Shown in pieces: positions 35,765 through 48,900 of a stretch of 64,000 nucleotides of DNA. Position 1 is the first letter of the stretch, and every line of letters begins with the position of its first letter. The position numbers were made by a program, and so were the translations under genes. A model generated the notes under the pieces. The model ran no database searches, was not told the origin of the DNA, and saw only the letters and a program-made list of their open reading frames with translations. The stretch is from Cyanophora paradoxa CCMP329 (taxonomy: Eukaryota > Plantae > Glaucophyta): the NCBI GenBank assembly GCA_004431415.1, contig QPMI01000516.1, forward strand, positions 186,001 through 250,000, read 5' to 3'.

Positions 35765-38293
35765 GAGATTCCGGTACCCCGGAAAATTGCGCGAAGGCCC
35801 GCGAGCGAGTAAGCCGGCGCAGTGGGGCTTCCCCAACGAGGGTGCCTGCTAGCACTGCACGTGGCCGGTCCCAAAACTCGCGGCGCCGACGCCCAACGAC
35901 CAGCACGGCCCGAACGCGCAAAGTAGGTCCGCCGGGCGGGCAGCGACAGCCGCAGCGACACCACAGACACCTAGAAGAGCAGCTGCGCCCCTGTTGGCGC
36001 CGCGACTCGCGCCAGCTCCCGCGGTAACGTGTTTAAACGGGCCGGTCCCCGCCGCCTTCTCCTGCCACTCCGAGCGCGCCCGAGAGACGCCACACAACAT
36101 CTAGAGCCAACATACGCTCGTTTAAGCTCCCGTCCTCGCTCCGCCCGCCTTCCCGCCAACGCATGCCACCCGCGCATGCGCGGCTCGCCTGAGCTCACGC
36201 CCACAGCGCACGACGTACAACTCGACTCGACTCCGCGCAGTCGGACGCGCGGCTCCGCCAACGCACCCGGCTCCGCTGCCGCCGATCATGCGGGACCCTC
36301 CCCGCGCCCGTCGCTCACGCCCTCCGCCCGCGCCCCTCCTCCACGAACCTTGACGCCGGCCCCGTACTGCCACAGAGCATGCCGGCGCCAGCGGCCCGTG
36401 CGCGGGGCCGCCCGCGCCAGCACGACACTCAAGAACCACGGGCCGCGTCCCCCCGCTCACTGGGCTCTCCGTGACGCGTGCGCAACGCTCGCAGGCCTCT
36501 GGCGGGACGCGGAGCAAGCGCCCCAAGACGCGGCGGTGGACAGAGCCCCGAGCTGTGATGCCGCCTCTGCTGGCGCCGCTGGCGCCGGCATGCAAGCCGA
36601 CGACCCCTACGTATACCCGGGCGCATGAGCACTTAAACGCTCGCCCAGCTACCACCGCGGGGTCTGAGCCAGACGGCGCTCGCCTGCCTCAGGGCCCGGC
36701 CTCGCCGGGACCCGCCCTCGTGGGGTCCGAGCCTGATGGCGCTCGCCCACTATCGGACCCGGAATCCCCGGGCTCCGTCGAAGACTTCCCAGCGGCGGAC
36801 AGTGCGTCCCCGGCAGTCGCTGCCAGGCCCCGCGCCGCCCGCCCCTCATGCCCGCCGGCGCCGGCCCCTCTCCCACGAGGCGACTGGTCCCCTTGACACC
36901 CCCCCAATGCAAGCCTCCTATACGGTCGGCGAGCTTGAGGGGCGCCTGCGATATCGATATACACACGAATAAGCCGGCCCCCGTCTGCCTTAGGAGGCCC
37001 TTAAAAGCTTGGCCCCCTAGTGGAGCAATTCGAAAGATTTTAACTGCACGAGGGAGCTGGGCACCCTCGCTCGAGCTCGAACTTGCATGCCAGTGCACAG
37101 GCCTGTAGCAGCCATTATGCAAATCTCTCAGAGTCTAAACGCTTAACAAGAGAACTAGGACAGGGTCCGCGTACGGTATATATACACTGCATGCGTACAA
37201 GCGCATAGCTAGCTATATAGGCCCTTGCGCTCATGATCATTTGCATATATATAGCTATAGGGGGCAGCCGCGGCGGCCGCAGCCGCCGCGGCCGCCCCGC
37301 CGTTGCCGCCCCCGCCGCCACCGCTGCCGCCGCTGCCGCTGCCGCCGCCGCCGTCGCCGCCGCCGCCGCCCCGGCGCCGGCCGCCGCTCCCGCGCCCGCC
37401 CCGGCCCGGCCCCGCCCCGGCCCGGGCCGGCCACCATCTCGCTCACCAACCACCAGGCGGCCCAGCGCGTGCTGGCCGAGCTCACCTCGGCCCTCGGGGG
37501 CCCCGCCGCCATCGAGGCCCTCCTGGCCGGCCGCCGGGCGGCCGCCGCCGACAACGCGGCAGCGTAGACCTCCCCTCTCTTTCCGATCTCAAAGGCCTCG
37601 GCCCTTTCACCCTTTCGGCATCAGTTTTCTTTTCACCTTTCCCTCATTACAATCCGCGGTAGCATGACTACCGAAGAAGGGGGCCTCATGACGAGCCCAC
37701 CGCCCCCCTCTCTGAGTTAGATAGCTCCATGAAGCAATGTCACCTCCCTACCCCCCCCCGCGTAAAGCCCTGCCCACTTGCGGGCCCGCCCCCCCCTAAA
37801 GCTTTTCCCCCGGCCCAGAAGCTAGCGACAGACTAGCCCACGGCCGGTACCCCCGCCACGCCCCTCTGTCCCCCGACCACACTAGGGCGCCTACCCCGCC
37901 CGTCACCGACCGCCCCCGCACTGCGCAATGTCTCTTACCAGGACCACATAATCCCCGCGCCCCACACGCAATAAAAATAAGGGGGCGCGCCCGCTACCCT
38001 AGCCCGCGCCGCCCCACCCCCTCCCCACCCCTCTCCCTCGCCCGATAAGATTAGCCCCCTCGGCGCCGAAGTCCACGCACCTACACTCAAGATCACGACA
38101 AGCGACCCCCTACCACGCCTCCCCCCCACAAGAGAAACGCTCAGCTGTAGCGTCGAAGCGCCTATCCCTGTGTTCCGGCCTCAGGTTATGCTCTGACCCA
38201 GAGTTCGGCCATTTCCGAACCGGTAGTGCGTACGATAATGTTACTGAACAAATACAATCGCCACCGCCCTTGATATGGGCTTTGTGAAAAAAA
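35765..38293 (+). mobile_element. 2.5-kb non-autonomous retroposon with 16-bp TSD and oligo(A) tail
   Basis: AGCAGGCTATTAGCAG at 35749-35764 and 38294-38309; A-run 38287-38293 directly before the right copy; GCCC-ttgatat-GGGC hairpin just upstream; no RT motifs. Confidence 0.8.
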
Positions 38294-39147
38294 AGCAGGC
38301 TATTAGCAGCGCGGCAGCGAATCATTTAATGGCAAATTAATGCCGGCGCCAGCGACGAATTTCGAATTGCAAAAAGCTCCGAGAGACCGAGTTCGCTCCG
38401 GATTTTAACTTTTCAGAACGAAGATGAAACATCATGATCGGGCATGAAAGTTCAAAAACGAGGATGCGATGGGTACTGATATCTGTCGCCGAATCGGCCA
38501 TGCATATGAGTTTGCGACAGACTCGATCGAGAGCCCGACGAGAGGCGGGGAGTCGGGGAGTCGACGGGGACTCGCCGGCGACTCGCCGGAGTCGCCGGCC
38601 GCGGGCGACGCCGAGACTCTGAGACGGCCCGAGAGTCCGGCCGGCTGATCTTGAGCCACGCGCATGCGCATGCGCACGGCCGCGGCCGCCATGCATATTC
38701 AGTATGGCCAGCCGGGGTGCCACGCCGGGCCGGCCCACGCGTACGATGATCGCTCATGGGAGTCATGGCTCAAAAGCACCAGCTTAGCTTCGAATTCGCT
38801 GAATTACGACGCATGGTCGGCGGCATGGAACATCAATCAACGCAGTGATCGCATGCGAGCAAGCTTAAGCGCATGCGCAGTGATCATGAGCCGTCCCCGC
38901 CGTCCCCGTATACTTACGCGTATACTCGTCGTATAGACATCGTTGAGCTTGAATTCGACGCCGCGGAGCGCGAGCTCGAGGCGCCGCTCATCATGGCATG
39001 ATCAGCGGCTAATTGGCGCTCATGATCAGCCACCTAGGCTTGCCAAAGCTGGGCCGCGGGAAATTGCGCCGGGAATATACAGCCTTTAGTATAGGCCCCC
39101 GCAGCTGCAGCTGCTAGCTAAAGAGGTGGACCGGAGGCGCGATGGCC

Positions 39148-42062
39148 ATGCACAAAGCAATTATCGACGCCAATTGCAAAGAAGCGCTCCGACGGACGCG
39201 GGCGCTGAGGTGGACCGCGTGCACGCAGGCCATGCACATGGCCGGCGCAACGCAGTGCGCTCCGACGGATCTTCAGCTGCGGCGCCCTCTGAATTCGAAC
39301 GAGGGCGATCGCGAGCTTCAGCTGCAGGCGGCCGCGTCGGCGATCGCGAGGAGCTCGAGGAGCAGCTGCCGCGAGGACGAGGAGTGCGAGCCAGCGCCGG
39401 CGCCGACCATACGCACATCCTCGAGCTCACCGGTACCGGCGGGGCGGTCGTCCCTGTATGCATCATCTACCAACGAGCCCAATCGCGCTCCAAAGCCGGG
39501 GATGCGCAGCCTTGAGCTCCCCGCCGCCGCCGTATTTCAGCGCCTCCTCGATTTGGTTCGTGCACGCCATGCGCATGCCTTCGGAATTCTGTTCGATTCG
39601 AATTCGTAAGCGGCGAAAATTGTGATGTCCATCACTACACTACCCGGGCTTACCTTCTCCTGGCTCTGCTCCTGGGCCCTCAGCTCCGGGACCGGCTTCC
39701 CCGATCTCCTCCCGGACTCGTGGTCGTACCCGTCGCCGGCTTGCCGAGCCTGCGGCTCCTTCTACTTCTCCCCGGCGGTTTGCCGGGCCGGACCCTCCGG
39801 CCTTTGTTCTTGATACCGGACTGCCGCCTTTGCCTTCGTCTTCTGCTTCGCTGGTCGCGATTGTATCCCGCCGGCGCCGGCGTACTTCTTCGTCTTCTAG
39901 TTTAGTTCGGTCTGGTTCGGATTCTGATCGTAGTGTTGATGCTAGAGTTAGTTTCAATACTAGCTATAGTCCTCGTGCTCGACCTGTTGTTCGCCGTCGT
40001 TTGCAGTTCGATTGCCCGCCTCGACCCCGGCCGGCTTTAGTGATTCCTTTGACTGTCCTTTTGCCTGCTCTTGATCCGCCTGCTCCGCCTCCTGTGTCCT
40101 CCTCGACCTCGTGCCGTAGCTCTGCCCTTTCGCATCGTCCTGCTTCGCCTCCGCCTCCATGTCGTCTTGTTGTTCCTCTTACTTGTCTTCTTCCTGTTAT
40201 TTATCTTTCTCAATTTTGTCCCCCGCTTCTTAGTGATGTAATTCCTTCTGATATTGATGGTATCTCTAGCTCTGGCTCTTCTTCGTGTCAGTTATCCTCT
40301 GTCCCTAGATCTGCTCGATTTATCGTCTCTTCTCGCTATCGATCTGTCTCGAGCTCTGTGTCTTTCCTTTTTTATTGTCGATTTTGGCTCTTTGTCTTAT
40401 CTTTCTTCGTGCTCTTGTCTTAGTTCTTTTGCTTTTTTGTCTTTATGCCCCCTGGGCAGCCCCCGCAGTGCTGGTGTCTAGAGACTGTGGCCGGTAATTC
40501 ACCAAAAAAAAAAATAAATAAATCACAAAACCTTTAATTTCGATTCAGGATTTGGATAAGAAGCTGACCGCGTGCGCGTTCCCGCTGCCGCGCGCAGATT
40601 TGGCAGGCGGTGTCGGGGAGCCCGGCCGCGGCCGCGAGCGCGCCGCCCAAGGCCCGCGGCGTGCGGCGGATCGTGGATCCGGAGGCTGCCCTCGCAATCG
40701 CCGGCGCCGGCGGCGGCGGCGGCGGGGAGCGCGCCGGGGCGGGGGGCGGGGCCGGCGTCCCTTCAGCTGCGGCTGCAGCGACGTGCACGTCGGCCATCGA
40801 TTTCACCCGCTACGAGGTGCGCATGCCCTGTCCCTGCTTATATTAAATTCAAATTTTGCGATGTTTCTCGCCTTTAATTTGATTTCGGACCGAGATCAAG
40901 ACTGACGTGTACACTGCCCGCCCGCGGACGGCGCAGCTCTTCCACGTCCTCACTCACCGTGCCATCATCGACGACGACGAGTCCTGGACCCTTGAGGGCG
41001 CCAGCGCCCTGGCCCGCACCAACTGGGCCGCCGACTCGAGCGGGCTCGGCGGTATGGCCCGCCCGGCGTTCGAGAGGGCGATCGGCAGCCTGGCGCGCAG
41101 CTGGGCGGACGGCGCCGCCTGTTCCCCGTCCCTCCTCCTCTCCCTCCGCTGCGTCGCCGCCGGCGCCGGTCTTCCCGACAACCTCCCCACCATCTTCCTT
41201 TTCTGCCTCGCCCAGGTCAGAGCCCGCCTTGCAGACTATATTATAATTACAAGCTTGCAGATTGCTTAATAATAAGCTGGCTCGCTCTGACGTCGTTTAA
41301 TTTCGCGACCGCTGCAATCAGACGATCACGACGGGATTCCCCCGCCCGCCCTGGCCCGCCAGCGCGGCGGCGCCTCCATCGCCTCGCGATCGTGACGATC
41401 GCGAGCTTGAGTCTGAGGCTGAGAGCGGCGATCGCGAACGAAGCTCGAGCCCCCTCCGCCTCCGAGTCCCTCTGGGTGCGTACCCCCTGCACCCGACCGC
41501 GCCTGTACCCCCGCCGATCGCGACCGCAGACGTGCCCCTCGGCGCCTGTACCCAGCGCGCCGTCCTTCGCATCCTGAGCGAGCACCAGCTGCCGCTGCCC
41601 CCGATCCGGCCGCGCGGGACCCGAGCTTCGGGCCCGGGCCTGCGAGCCAGCACCAGCGCCAGCGCCCCGCCCTCTCTCGAACGCCTCCCCTCGCCCTCTC
41701 CACGCCCTGACGCCGGCGCCTCCTCCTCCGAAACCGGCTCCGGCTCCGGCCCCGCTTGGGAGGGCCCCGTCGGCCGGGGCCTGCAGCGCGCAGCCCTCGA
41801 GAACCGCCTCAGGGGCCTCCTCCGCCGCCCCCGCTCCCTCTCCGCGGCGGATCCGGAGCCGGAGCCTGGCCACGGTCGCGATCGCGATCGCGACGGCGAG
41901 CTCGAGGGCGATGGCGTTCCCGCGGCCGCCCGTACGCGTGTGCGGCTGCTTCGGGATCCGTGCGCGCCCGACGTTAACGCCGCCCATCCCTCCGCCGCGA
42001 CGTCGACGTCGACGCGGGTTCATATCCGGAGGGCGAGCCTGGAGGGATTGCAGTACTTGTAG
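39148..42062 (+). CDS. Hypothetical multi-exon protein (EF-hand-like 'W..D..G...M....F..' segment); intron 2 carries a retroelement fragment
   Basis: Exons MHKAIIDANC.., LRRPLNS..LLDL, IWQAVS..FTRYE, LFHVLTHRAII..TNWAADSSGLGGMARPAFERAIGSLARSWADG with GT-AG junctions; end approximate. Confidence 0.5.
39620..40514 (+). mobile_element. 5'-truncated non-LTR retroelement 3' portion (pyrimidine-rich) ending in poly(A)
   Basis: Strong C/T bias on +, ending ...GGCAGCCCCCGCAGTGCTGGTGTCTAGAGACTGTGGCCGGTAATTCACC-A11; the terminal 36 nt recur inverted at 42138-42173; 5' boundary approximate. Confidence 0.55.
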
Positions 42063-42129
42063 ATCTATCCAGAAGCAAATAGGACCGTCGGACGTACTAT
42101 TCCGTTATTATTTATTCGAGTACTATTTA

Positions 42130-42173
42130 TATTTTTGTTTTGGTGAATTACCGGCCACAGTCTCTAGACACCA
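42130..42173 (-). mobile_element. Tiny second copy of the same 3' terminus, opposite strand, with an A-rich tail
   Basis: Reverse complement reads TGGTGTCTAGAGACTGTGGCCGGTAATTCACCAAAACAAAAA; TATAA on both sides (possible TSD). Confidence 0.55.
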
Positions 42174-42923
42174 TTATACGAAAGCTATATTAACTAGTAA
42201 TATCAATAAATTATTTTTTACAGAACATGTAGGCGTGCTAGCGCTCGAATCGCGAGCATATGCATTGTTAAAGGTTGCACTTGCAAAATTGCAATTGCAC
42301 GTGGGCGATTTAATATATATATATTGCATTATCTTCTCCCCCGGGCCCGCCCCTTCGAGGCTCCGAGGCTCGTAGCCCCTTGCAGCTTCGATCGATGATG
42401 CATATGTTCACGAGCAACGCGCTCGAACAATGCGGGAGCAATCATGAATGCTTGAGGGGCCCCCGGGTCGTGCGAGGTTCTAGGTTCCAGCCCCAACTTG
42501 AATTTCCGGGATCATGGCGACGGCCCGACTCTCGCGCGACTTTGACGGCACCAGCCGATTTCTTATTGATTACAAAGCGCCGCGGGTTGGCACGATCACT
42601 AGAGTACTAGTCACCTAGCTGCGGCTGATTATGAGCTCACGAAAGAAAATCTCAGGGGCCGCGGCCCGCTACACAACCCGACAAAAATGGAGAGCGCTAC
42701 CCCAAGCTAATTCATGTTCAGAGAAGAAAAAAAAGGCAGCCGGGGGTCGAAAGAAGCTGAATAAAGTCCGGCCGCGGGCAGCTGCAACCACTACAGAATC
42801 CTGTGGTCCAATCGCGTAACTCGAGCAGCACTAGCACACGCGGAGAGCACGCGAAAATGGCCGGAACGAGGACGGCACCCACCCAGCCCCGGGCCCGGCG
42901 AATTCGCCCTGTACCCCGCCTCC

Positions 42924-45900
42924 TCAGCGCCACTCCTCCCAGGGGTACTTGAATGCCTCCTTCTTGCGCAGGCGCCGCACTGGCGGCTTGACCTCCGCGA
43001 GGTTGTTCACGTTCCCCTGGGGGAGAAGGATTAGGGGGGTACGGGTCGCTTCCGATCAGCTAGAGGGGGTACGGTACCTGCTGGTCCTTCGAGAGGGGCT
43101 CGGTGGGCGAGTTGACCCACTGGCCGTCCACTGCGGCGAAAGGTGAAAAAATGAAAACGGGGTGGGAGGGGGGAGAGGGGGGTACGGCGCACCGATGAAC
43201 TTGTAGAGGTACGTCCCGTGGGGCAGCTCCTTCGTCAGCGTCCACTCGTTGGCCTGGGCGGGGGGTACGCGTAAGTACGAAGTCCGATGGGGGGGGGGGT
43301 ACGCGGGCGGGGCGGGGCGGGGGCGGGCCTTGAGGCCGGTGCCGCGGGAGAGGGCGTGCCGGCCCTGCCAGTTATCGAAGGACCCCGCGACAAAGACCTG
43401 CGGGGGGCGGGCGAGCGTGCGCCCGGCGGTCAGCCTAGGCCGCGGCTTTAGGAGGGGTTGTTGTTTATCGATATCTCTTCTGGGCTGTCTCAATAGGCTT
43501 CTAACATGAAGATTCTAAGCTCAGGCTCCTTTAAAGCTTAGGCTAGGGTTGGGCTCGGGGCGGGGCGGACCTCTTTGCCCCCCTTAGCTAAGGCTTTGAG
43601 CTTGTTTCTAATAATAAGCTCGGTCTCCATTTGAGCTTGTTTCTAATAATAAGCTAGGGTTGGGGCGGGGCGGACCTCCTTGCCGCCCTGGGTCCAGCGG
43701 AAGGTGAAGGCGGGCGGGCCGGGCTGCCGCCAGCGCGGCTGCGGCTTGAGCGCCGGCAGCGCCCCCTCGATCGCGATGACCTGAGGGGGGGGGGAGGGGC
43801 GGCGTCGGCCGGGCGGGCGAGCGGGCTCGGGGCGAGGCGGGGCGGGGCGGGGCGCGCGGCTCAATCCTATCAGTCTATCAGTCGCTTCTATCTATCGGCT
43901 CGAGGGATGGCCGGCGCAGTCGAGCCGATCCCGACCGGAAGGGCGATCGGTAGCTGCGTCGTCGATCCCGCAGCTATCACTCCCCCCCCCCCACCTTCTC
44001 CCCCTCCTCCCTCCCCCTCCCTCCCCCCTTCTCCCCCCCTCCCCCCCTTACCTCGCGCTTGACGAGGTCGCCCTTGGCGAGGAGCGCGTGCTTCAGCCGC
44101 GCGAACTCCCCGTACCACGCCCTGCGGGGGCGGGCGGGAGGGAGGGAGTCAGGGGGCCTTTGTGTTGCAGCGCAGAGGAAGGTGAGAGGGGTATGTATGT
44201 AGATACAACGTGGGGCGTCCTCGAACTCCAAGGCGTCTAAGGGGCGGGCGGGCGCACCAGGCGACGTCGTCGGCGTCGATGACGGAGGCGCGGGCGGTCT
44301 CGCGGAGCCGCTTGTACACCTCCGGCTGCCCGTAGATCCCCATCGCCCGCTGCGGGGAGGAGCGGAGAGAGGGTCAGCACAGGCGCGCACTCGCGCCCCC
44401 ACAACAATCTTCTCTAGCCAGGAGGGGAGAGGAGGTCAGGTCGGGCCCGGCGCGCGCTCGCTCGCGCCCGCGCTCCGACAACAATCTTCTCTAGCCGGAG
44501 GATCGAGCCCGGCTGTGCCGATGCCGCCCTCAAACAAACCCCGTACGCATGCATCAAGTCAAGTCTAGACCCAGGACCCGCCCAGAGAAGCGGGGGCCGC
44601 CCAGAGCGCCAGGGCCCGCCCAGAGAGCCAGGGCCCGCCCAGAGAACCAGGGCCGCCTGGGCGGACCTTAACGGCGTACACGAAGTCGCCGTGGTTGTGG
44701 TGCTCGAACGTGAATCCGTTCCCCTGCGAGCGAAGTCAGGGGGGGGGGAGTTGGGGGGGGGGGCGGGGGGGGGGGTACCCGGTTCTCGGAGGCGTTGTAC
44801 TCGTGGACCGTGTCCTTCAGGCCGCCCGTCTTGAACGCCACGACCTGAAGTTCGGGGGGGGGAGAATGAGGCTCAGGTGGCTCAGACGGGCAGAGCGGCG
44901 CCCGCCGCGCCCCGGAACGCCCCCCTTCCCCTCCCCATTCCTCCTACTACACCGGGGCCTGGGCGACGAGCCGAAGGGCGCTGCTGCTCGTATGCATAGC
45001 AGAGCGGCGCCCCCCTTCCCCCCCTCCCCCTTCCTCCTCCTACCCCCCCCTTTTTCCGCACCGGGGTACCGGCGACGAAGAACTCCTGCTGGACGATGCC
45101 GCCGGGCTCGAATAGGGAAGGCATGAGCCCGAAGTCGGCGCCGAGGTTCACCAGCGGGCCGTCCGTGAAGAACTGGGGGAAAGGCGGGTGAGGGAGGGAT
45201 GGCGGGTAGAAGGCGGGGAAGAGAGGCGTGGGGCGACTGAGCTGATCATAGACTCTACTTTTCAAAGCACGGCGAGGACCTCTGGAAATCCCTCGGGCCG
45301 GAACGGGAGGGCCGCGCTATAATTAGCACCTGGGTCGGCTCGGCCCAGAAGTTGTATAGAAACAGATCCTCCTAGAGATAGATCCTAGATCCTCCTCTCT
45401 ATCTCCTAGAGATAGAGATAAAAAGACTCCCTCCTAGAGCTCTTTCGGGTCGGGACGGCCAGGCCGGCTCGCTCGCACCTGGGTCGGCTCGGCCCAGAAG
45501 TTGTAGGGGAAGGCGTTCCGCAGCTCGTAGATCTCCTTCATGCACTGTGGCGCGGGGTGAGCGGGAGAGGGGGGGAGAGGCGGAGGAGGGGTATGATCGC
45601 CGTCGCTCTCATGTTTTCGAACGCTCTAATGGCTCTCTCAGGGGCGGGGGGGTCGTGCCTGGCCGCCGTAGGGGTCGGAGGGGGAGACCCGACGAGATTT
45701 TTAGGGAGGAGGCGGGGGCGGGTGCGGGTGCTCTAATGCTCTTATTTTTAGGAAGGCGGGGGCGGGGGCGGGTTTTTAGGGGGGGATGCTCTAAGGGCTC
45801 TCTCAGGGGCGGGTGGATTGCTGTGGCTCGCCTGGCCGCCGTAGGGGTCGGAGGGAGAGGCCATGCCCCCGATGAAGATCTGGATCTTGTGGTTGAACGA

Positions 45901-48900
45901 CGTGATCTGCGGGGGGGGGGGGGGGGGGGGGGGGAGGGAGGACGATCAGCCGAGGGGGGGCGGACAAGAAGGCGGGGGCGGAGACAGAGAGAGATCGGAT
46001 CGTAGGAGCAGCTAGCGAGCAGCTAGCTAGCTCAGCTTAGTCTGGCCTCCAGCCTCCATCCGGGGTGGCTCGGGATGGATGGCTTGGGGCGTTCCAAGTA
46101 CAGGATAGCCAGTTTTTCACAAGGTTTCGAAGAGCTTTTTGGCTTCTAAGCCCAGCTCTAAGGCGGCTCGGGGGAGAACGCACGAGCTCGCGGGCGGCGC
46201 GGGTGATGAGGTGGACGCCCTTCTGCTCCGTGATGCGCCCCACGAACGCGAAGACCGGGATCGACAGGTCCGGCTGAGAGAGGGAACGAGCCTTGTTGTT
46301 AAGCGAGCAGGGAGCAGGAGGAGGGGGGATACGGACCTGCCCGAACTTGAAGTACCGCGTCTGAATGAGGCCTGCAGGGGGGATAGAGGAAGGGGGGGGG
46401 GGGGGGGGGGGGGAAGGGCGGAGGTCAGACGGAGGCACTAACCCACTAACTAAACCAGGTTACAACTAAGAGCGGGGGGAGGGGGCGCGGACCCACTAAC
46501 TAATAACTAAAACAGGTTACAACCAAGGGACTCTTGGCGGCGCCAAGACGTAATTAAGAGTCAGAAGCTAGAAGACTCTCGCTAACCCACTAAGGCTAGG
46601 GAGGCGGGGGAGGGCGGGGGCGGGCGGACCCTTGGCGGTGTCGTGGTCGAGGGAGCCGCACTTGGCGATGAGGCGCTCCACCCGCTCCCCCACCGGGATC
46701 CCGTTCGGGAACGCGAACGGCCGCTGGAACTGCGCGGGGAGAGGCGTCAGGGGCGGGTCGGAAGGCATAGAAGCTGAGATGTCTTGAGGACCTTGGAGAG
46801 GAGGTGGGTGAGGGGCGACTTGGCGAGGAGCTCGTCGCGGTAGCTCGGCGAGACGGTGCCCCACTGGTCCGACGCCATCAGCGCGCACCGCGCTGCAGGA
46901 GGCGAGCGAGGAGCGGGAGGAGGTAGGTCAGAGGGCGGCGCTGCAGCCGGGCTGGAGCGGGGGGTGCGGACAGGGGTTGATGACGGTGCGCTGCCAGTGC
47001 GGGTCCGCCACGAAGTGGCCCGGCAGACCGTGGATCCCCTCCAGCGTCCCCTCCTGCCCGAAGGATTAGATGGATGGATCGGGCGGGTGGGGTGGGTGCT
47101 CGCTCGCCTGGGGGGAGGGGTAGAGGCGGCCCTCGTAGGAGGGGTCCAGGTTGTGCACGATGTGGAAGAACAGCGTCCGCTGCGATGCGGCATGTCAGGC
47201 GGGGTCACTCCCTCCCTCTACCCCCCTCCTATTTGCTTTGCCTGGAGGGGCCCCCTCGCAGGCCCTCCCTCTCCGCCCCTCTGGAGCCAGGGCAAGGCGG
47301 GGCGGGGCGGGCCTTGAAGAAGTCGCCGAAGAAGTTGCACTTGGCGTACGCGGGGACGAACCCCGTGAACCAGTCGTTCGTCACCTGCAAAGGCGAGGGG
47401 GCGTCGGGAGGGGGAGGGGGAGAGGGAGAGAGGGAGGGGAGGGGCCGTCCCCTCCTCTATCCTATCTCTCCCTCCCTCCTTTCTTCGGGCGGGGCGGGCT
47501 TGGGGCGCACGACGAGGCCCGGGGCGATGCCGAAGGCGCAGAGCGCCTCCAGCGACGCCTTCGCGAACAGCGTCTGCGGGGGCGACGAGGGTCAAAGGGG
47601 GCGGGGTATGGCGGGAAGTGGGGTGGGGAGGGGAGGTGCGCACGAGCTGCTTGACCTGCGAGGGAGGAAGGGGGGAGGGAGGGGACGGGCGCGTCAGCCG
47701 AGCCAATCAGATTAGATCCGATCGGATCGGATCGGATCGGATCAGATCTGACCTGGTAGTGGACGGCGCCGCCGTTGTAGGGGGAGGGGAAGAAGCCGTT
47801 GTTGTGGAGGAAGACGACCCGCACCCCGTTCACGTACCCCTCGTGCACCCCGACCTGCGCGGGTGCGGCGCTTAGGAAGGGTGGAGGGCCGAAAGAAGCA
47901 CAAGGGCGGATCGAGAGGCGCGGAAAGGCGAGCCGGGGTGGGGGGGGGGTGGGGGGGGGGGGGGGCCGGGAAGGGGACGGGGCGACCGCTCGCCTGCGTC
48001 ATCTCGCCGCCGACGCTGCAGTGGACGTTCCGCGAGTACTTCACCCCGTCCGCCGCGAGGTACCTGGGAGGGGGGGTACGGCGTTCAGAGAGGTGCGGGG
48101 GGGTACGGCGTTCAGAGAGGTGCCGGGGGGGGGGGAGAGAGAGAGAAAGGGCGCACCCGGTCTCGCCCTTGCGGTTCTTCTCGTAGTAGGGCGAGCTGCG
48201 GGCGGGCGGGCGGGCGACTTTTAAGCTGCCGCGTCTCTTCGAGGAGCGGGGGGGGGGTACGGGCACGCACATGACGGTGACGTCGGCGCCGAGGCGGGCG
48301 AGGGTGATCGTGAGCTCGTCGACCATCACGCCCAGCCCGCCCACCGTCGACCTGCCCGGCGAGGGAGGAAGGGCGGAGTGAGGCGACTTTCAGTTATGCT
48401 GGAAGGGACGGCGGCGGCGGCGGCGGAGGCAAGGCGGCGGCCAGCTAAGCTGGGAGGCTAAGCCAAGCTGAGGCGGCGGCGGCGAAAGGAAGGAAAGAAG
48501 AAGGGGCCCGGAGGGGCACGCACCACTTGCCGAGCTCGGGGGCGATGAAGACGAGCGGGCCGACGCTGTTCTTGTTGTACATCTCCCGGCACAGCTGCGC
48601 GCAGGGAGGAGGAGGAGGGGAGGAGGAGGAGGAGTTAGAAGAGGCGGAAGAGAGCCGTTTGGATGGCTGGGAGGGGGGGCGGGGCGGGGCGGGGCGGACG
48701 AGGTACTTGGTGAAGACGCCGTCGTCGTCGTCCTCCGTGTCCTGAACAACGAAAGAAAGAAAGAGAAAGAATAAGGAAGGAAGAAAGAAAGAAAGAGAAG
48801 AAAGAGATGAAGGGGCGCGCCTGGGAGTCGATCTTGGTGAAGGCCATGAGGTACGCGATGAGGCGGGGCCCCAGGGGGAAGCCCTCCTGGCCCGCGTCGT

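Noticed and set aside
35863-35900. HDV-like ribozyme near the retroposon 5' end (GGCCGGTCCCA..CTCGCGGCGCCG)
   Set aside because: Superficial similarity only; P3/L3 (GCC-UCC) and a P2 partner could not be formed by eye. An Infernal/RNArobo search would settle it.
40472-42173. TIR DNA transposon carrying a captured gene
   Set aside because: Disfavoured: no TSD outside the repeats, A-tails point inward, and the host gene appears to start upstream of the left repeat.
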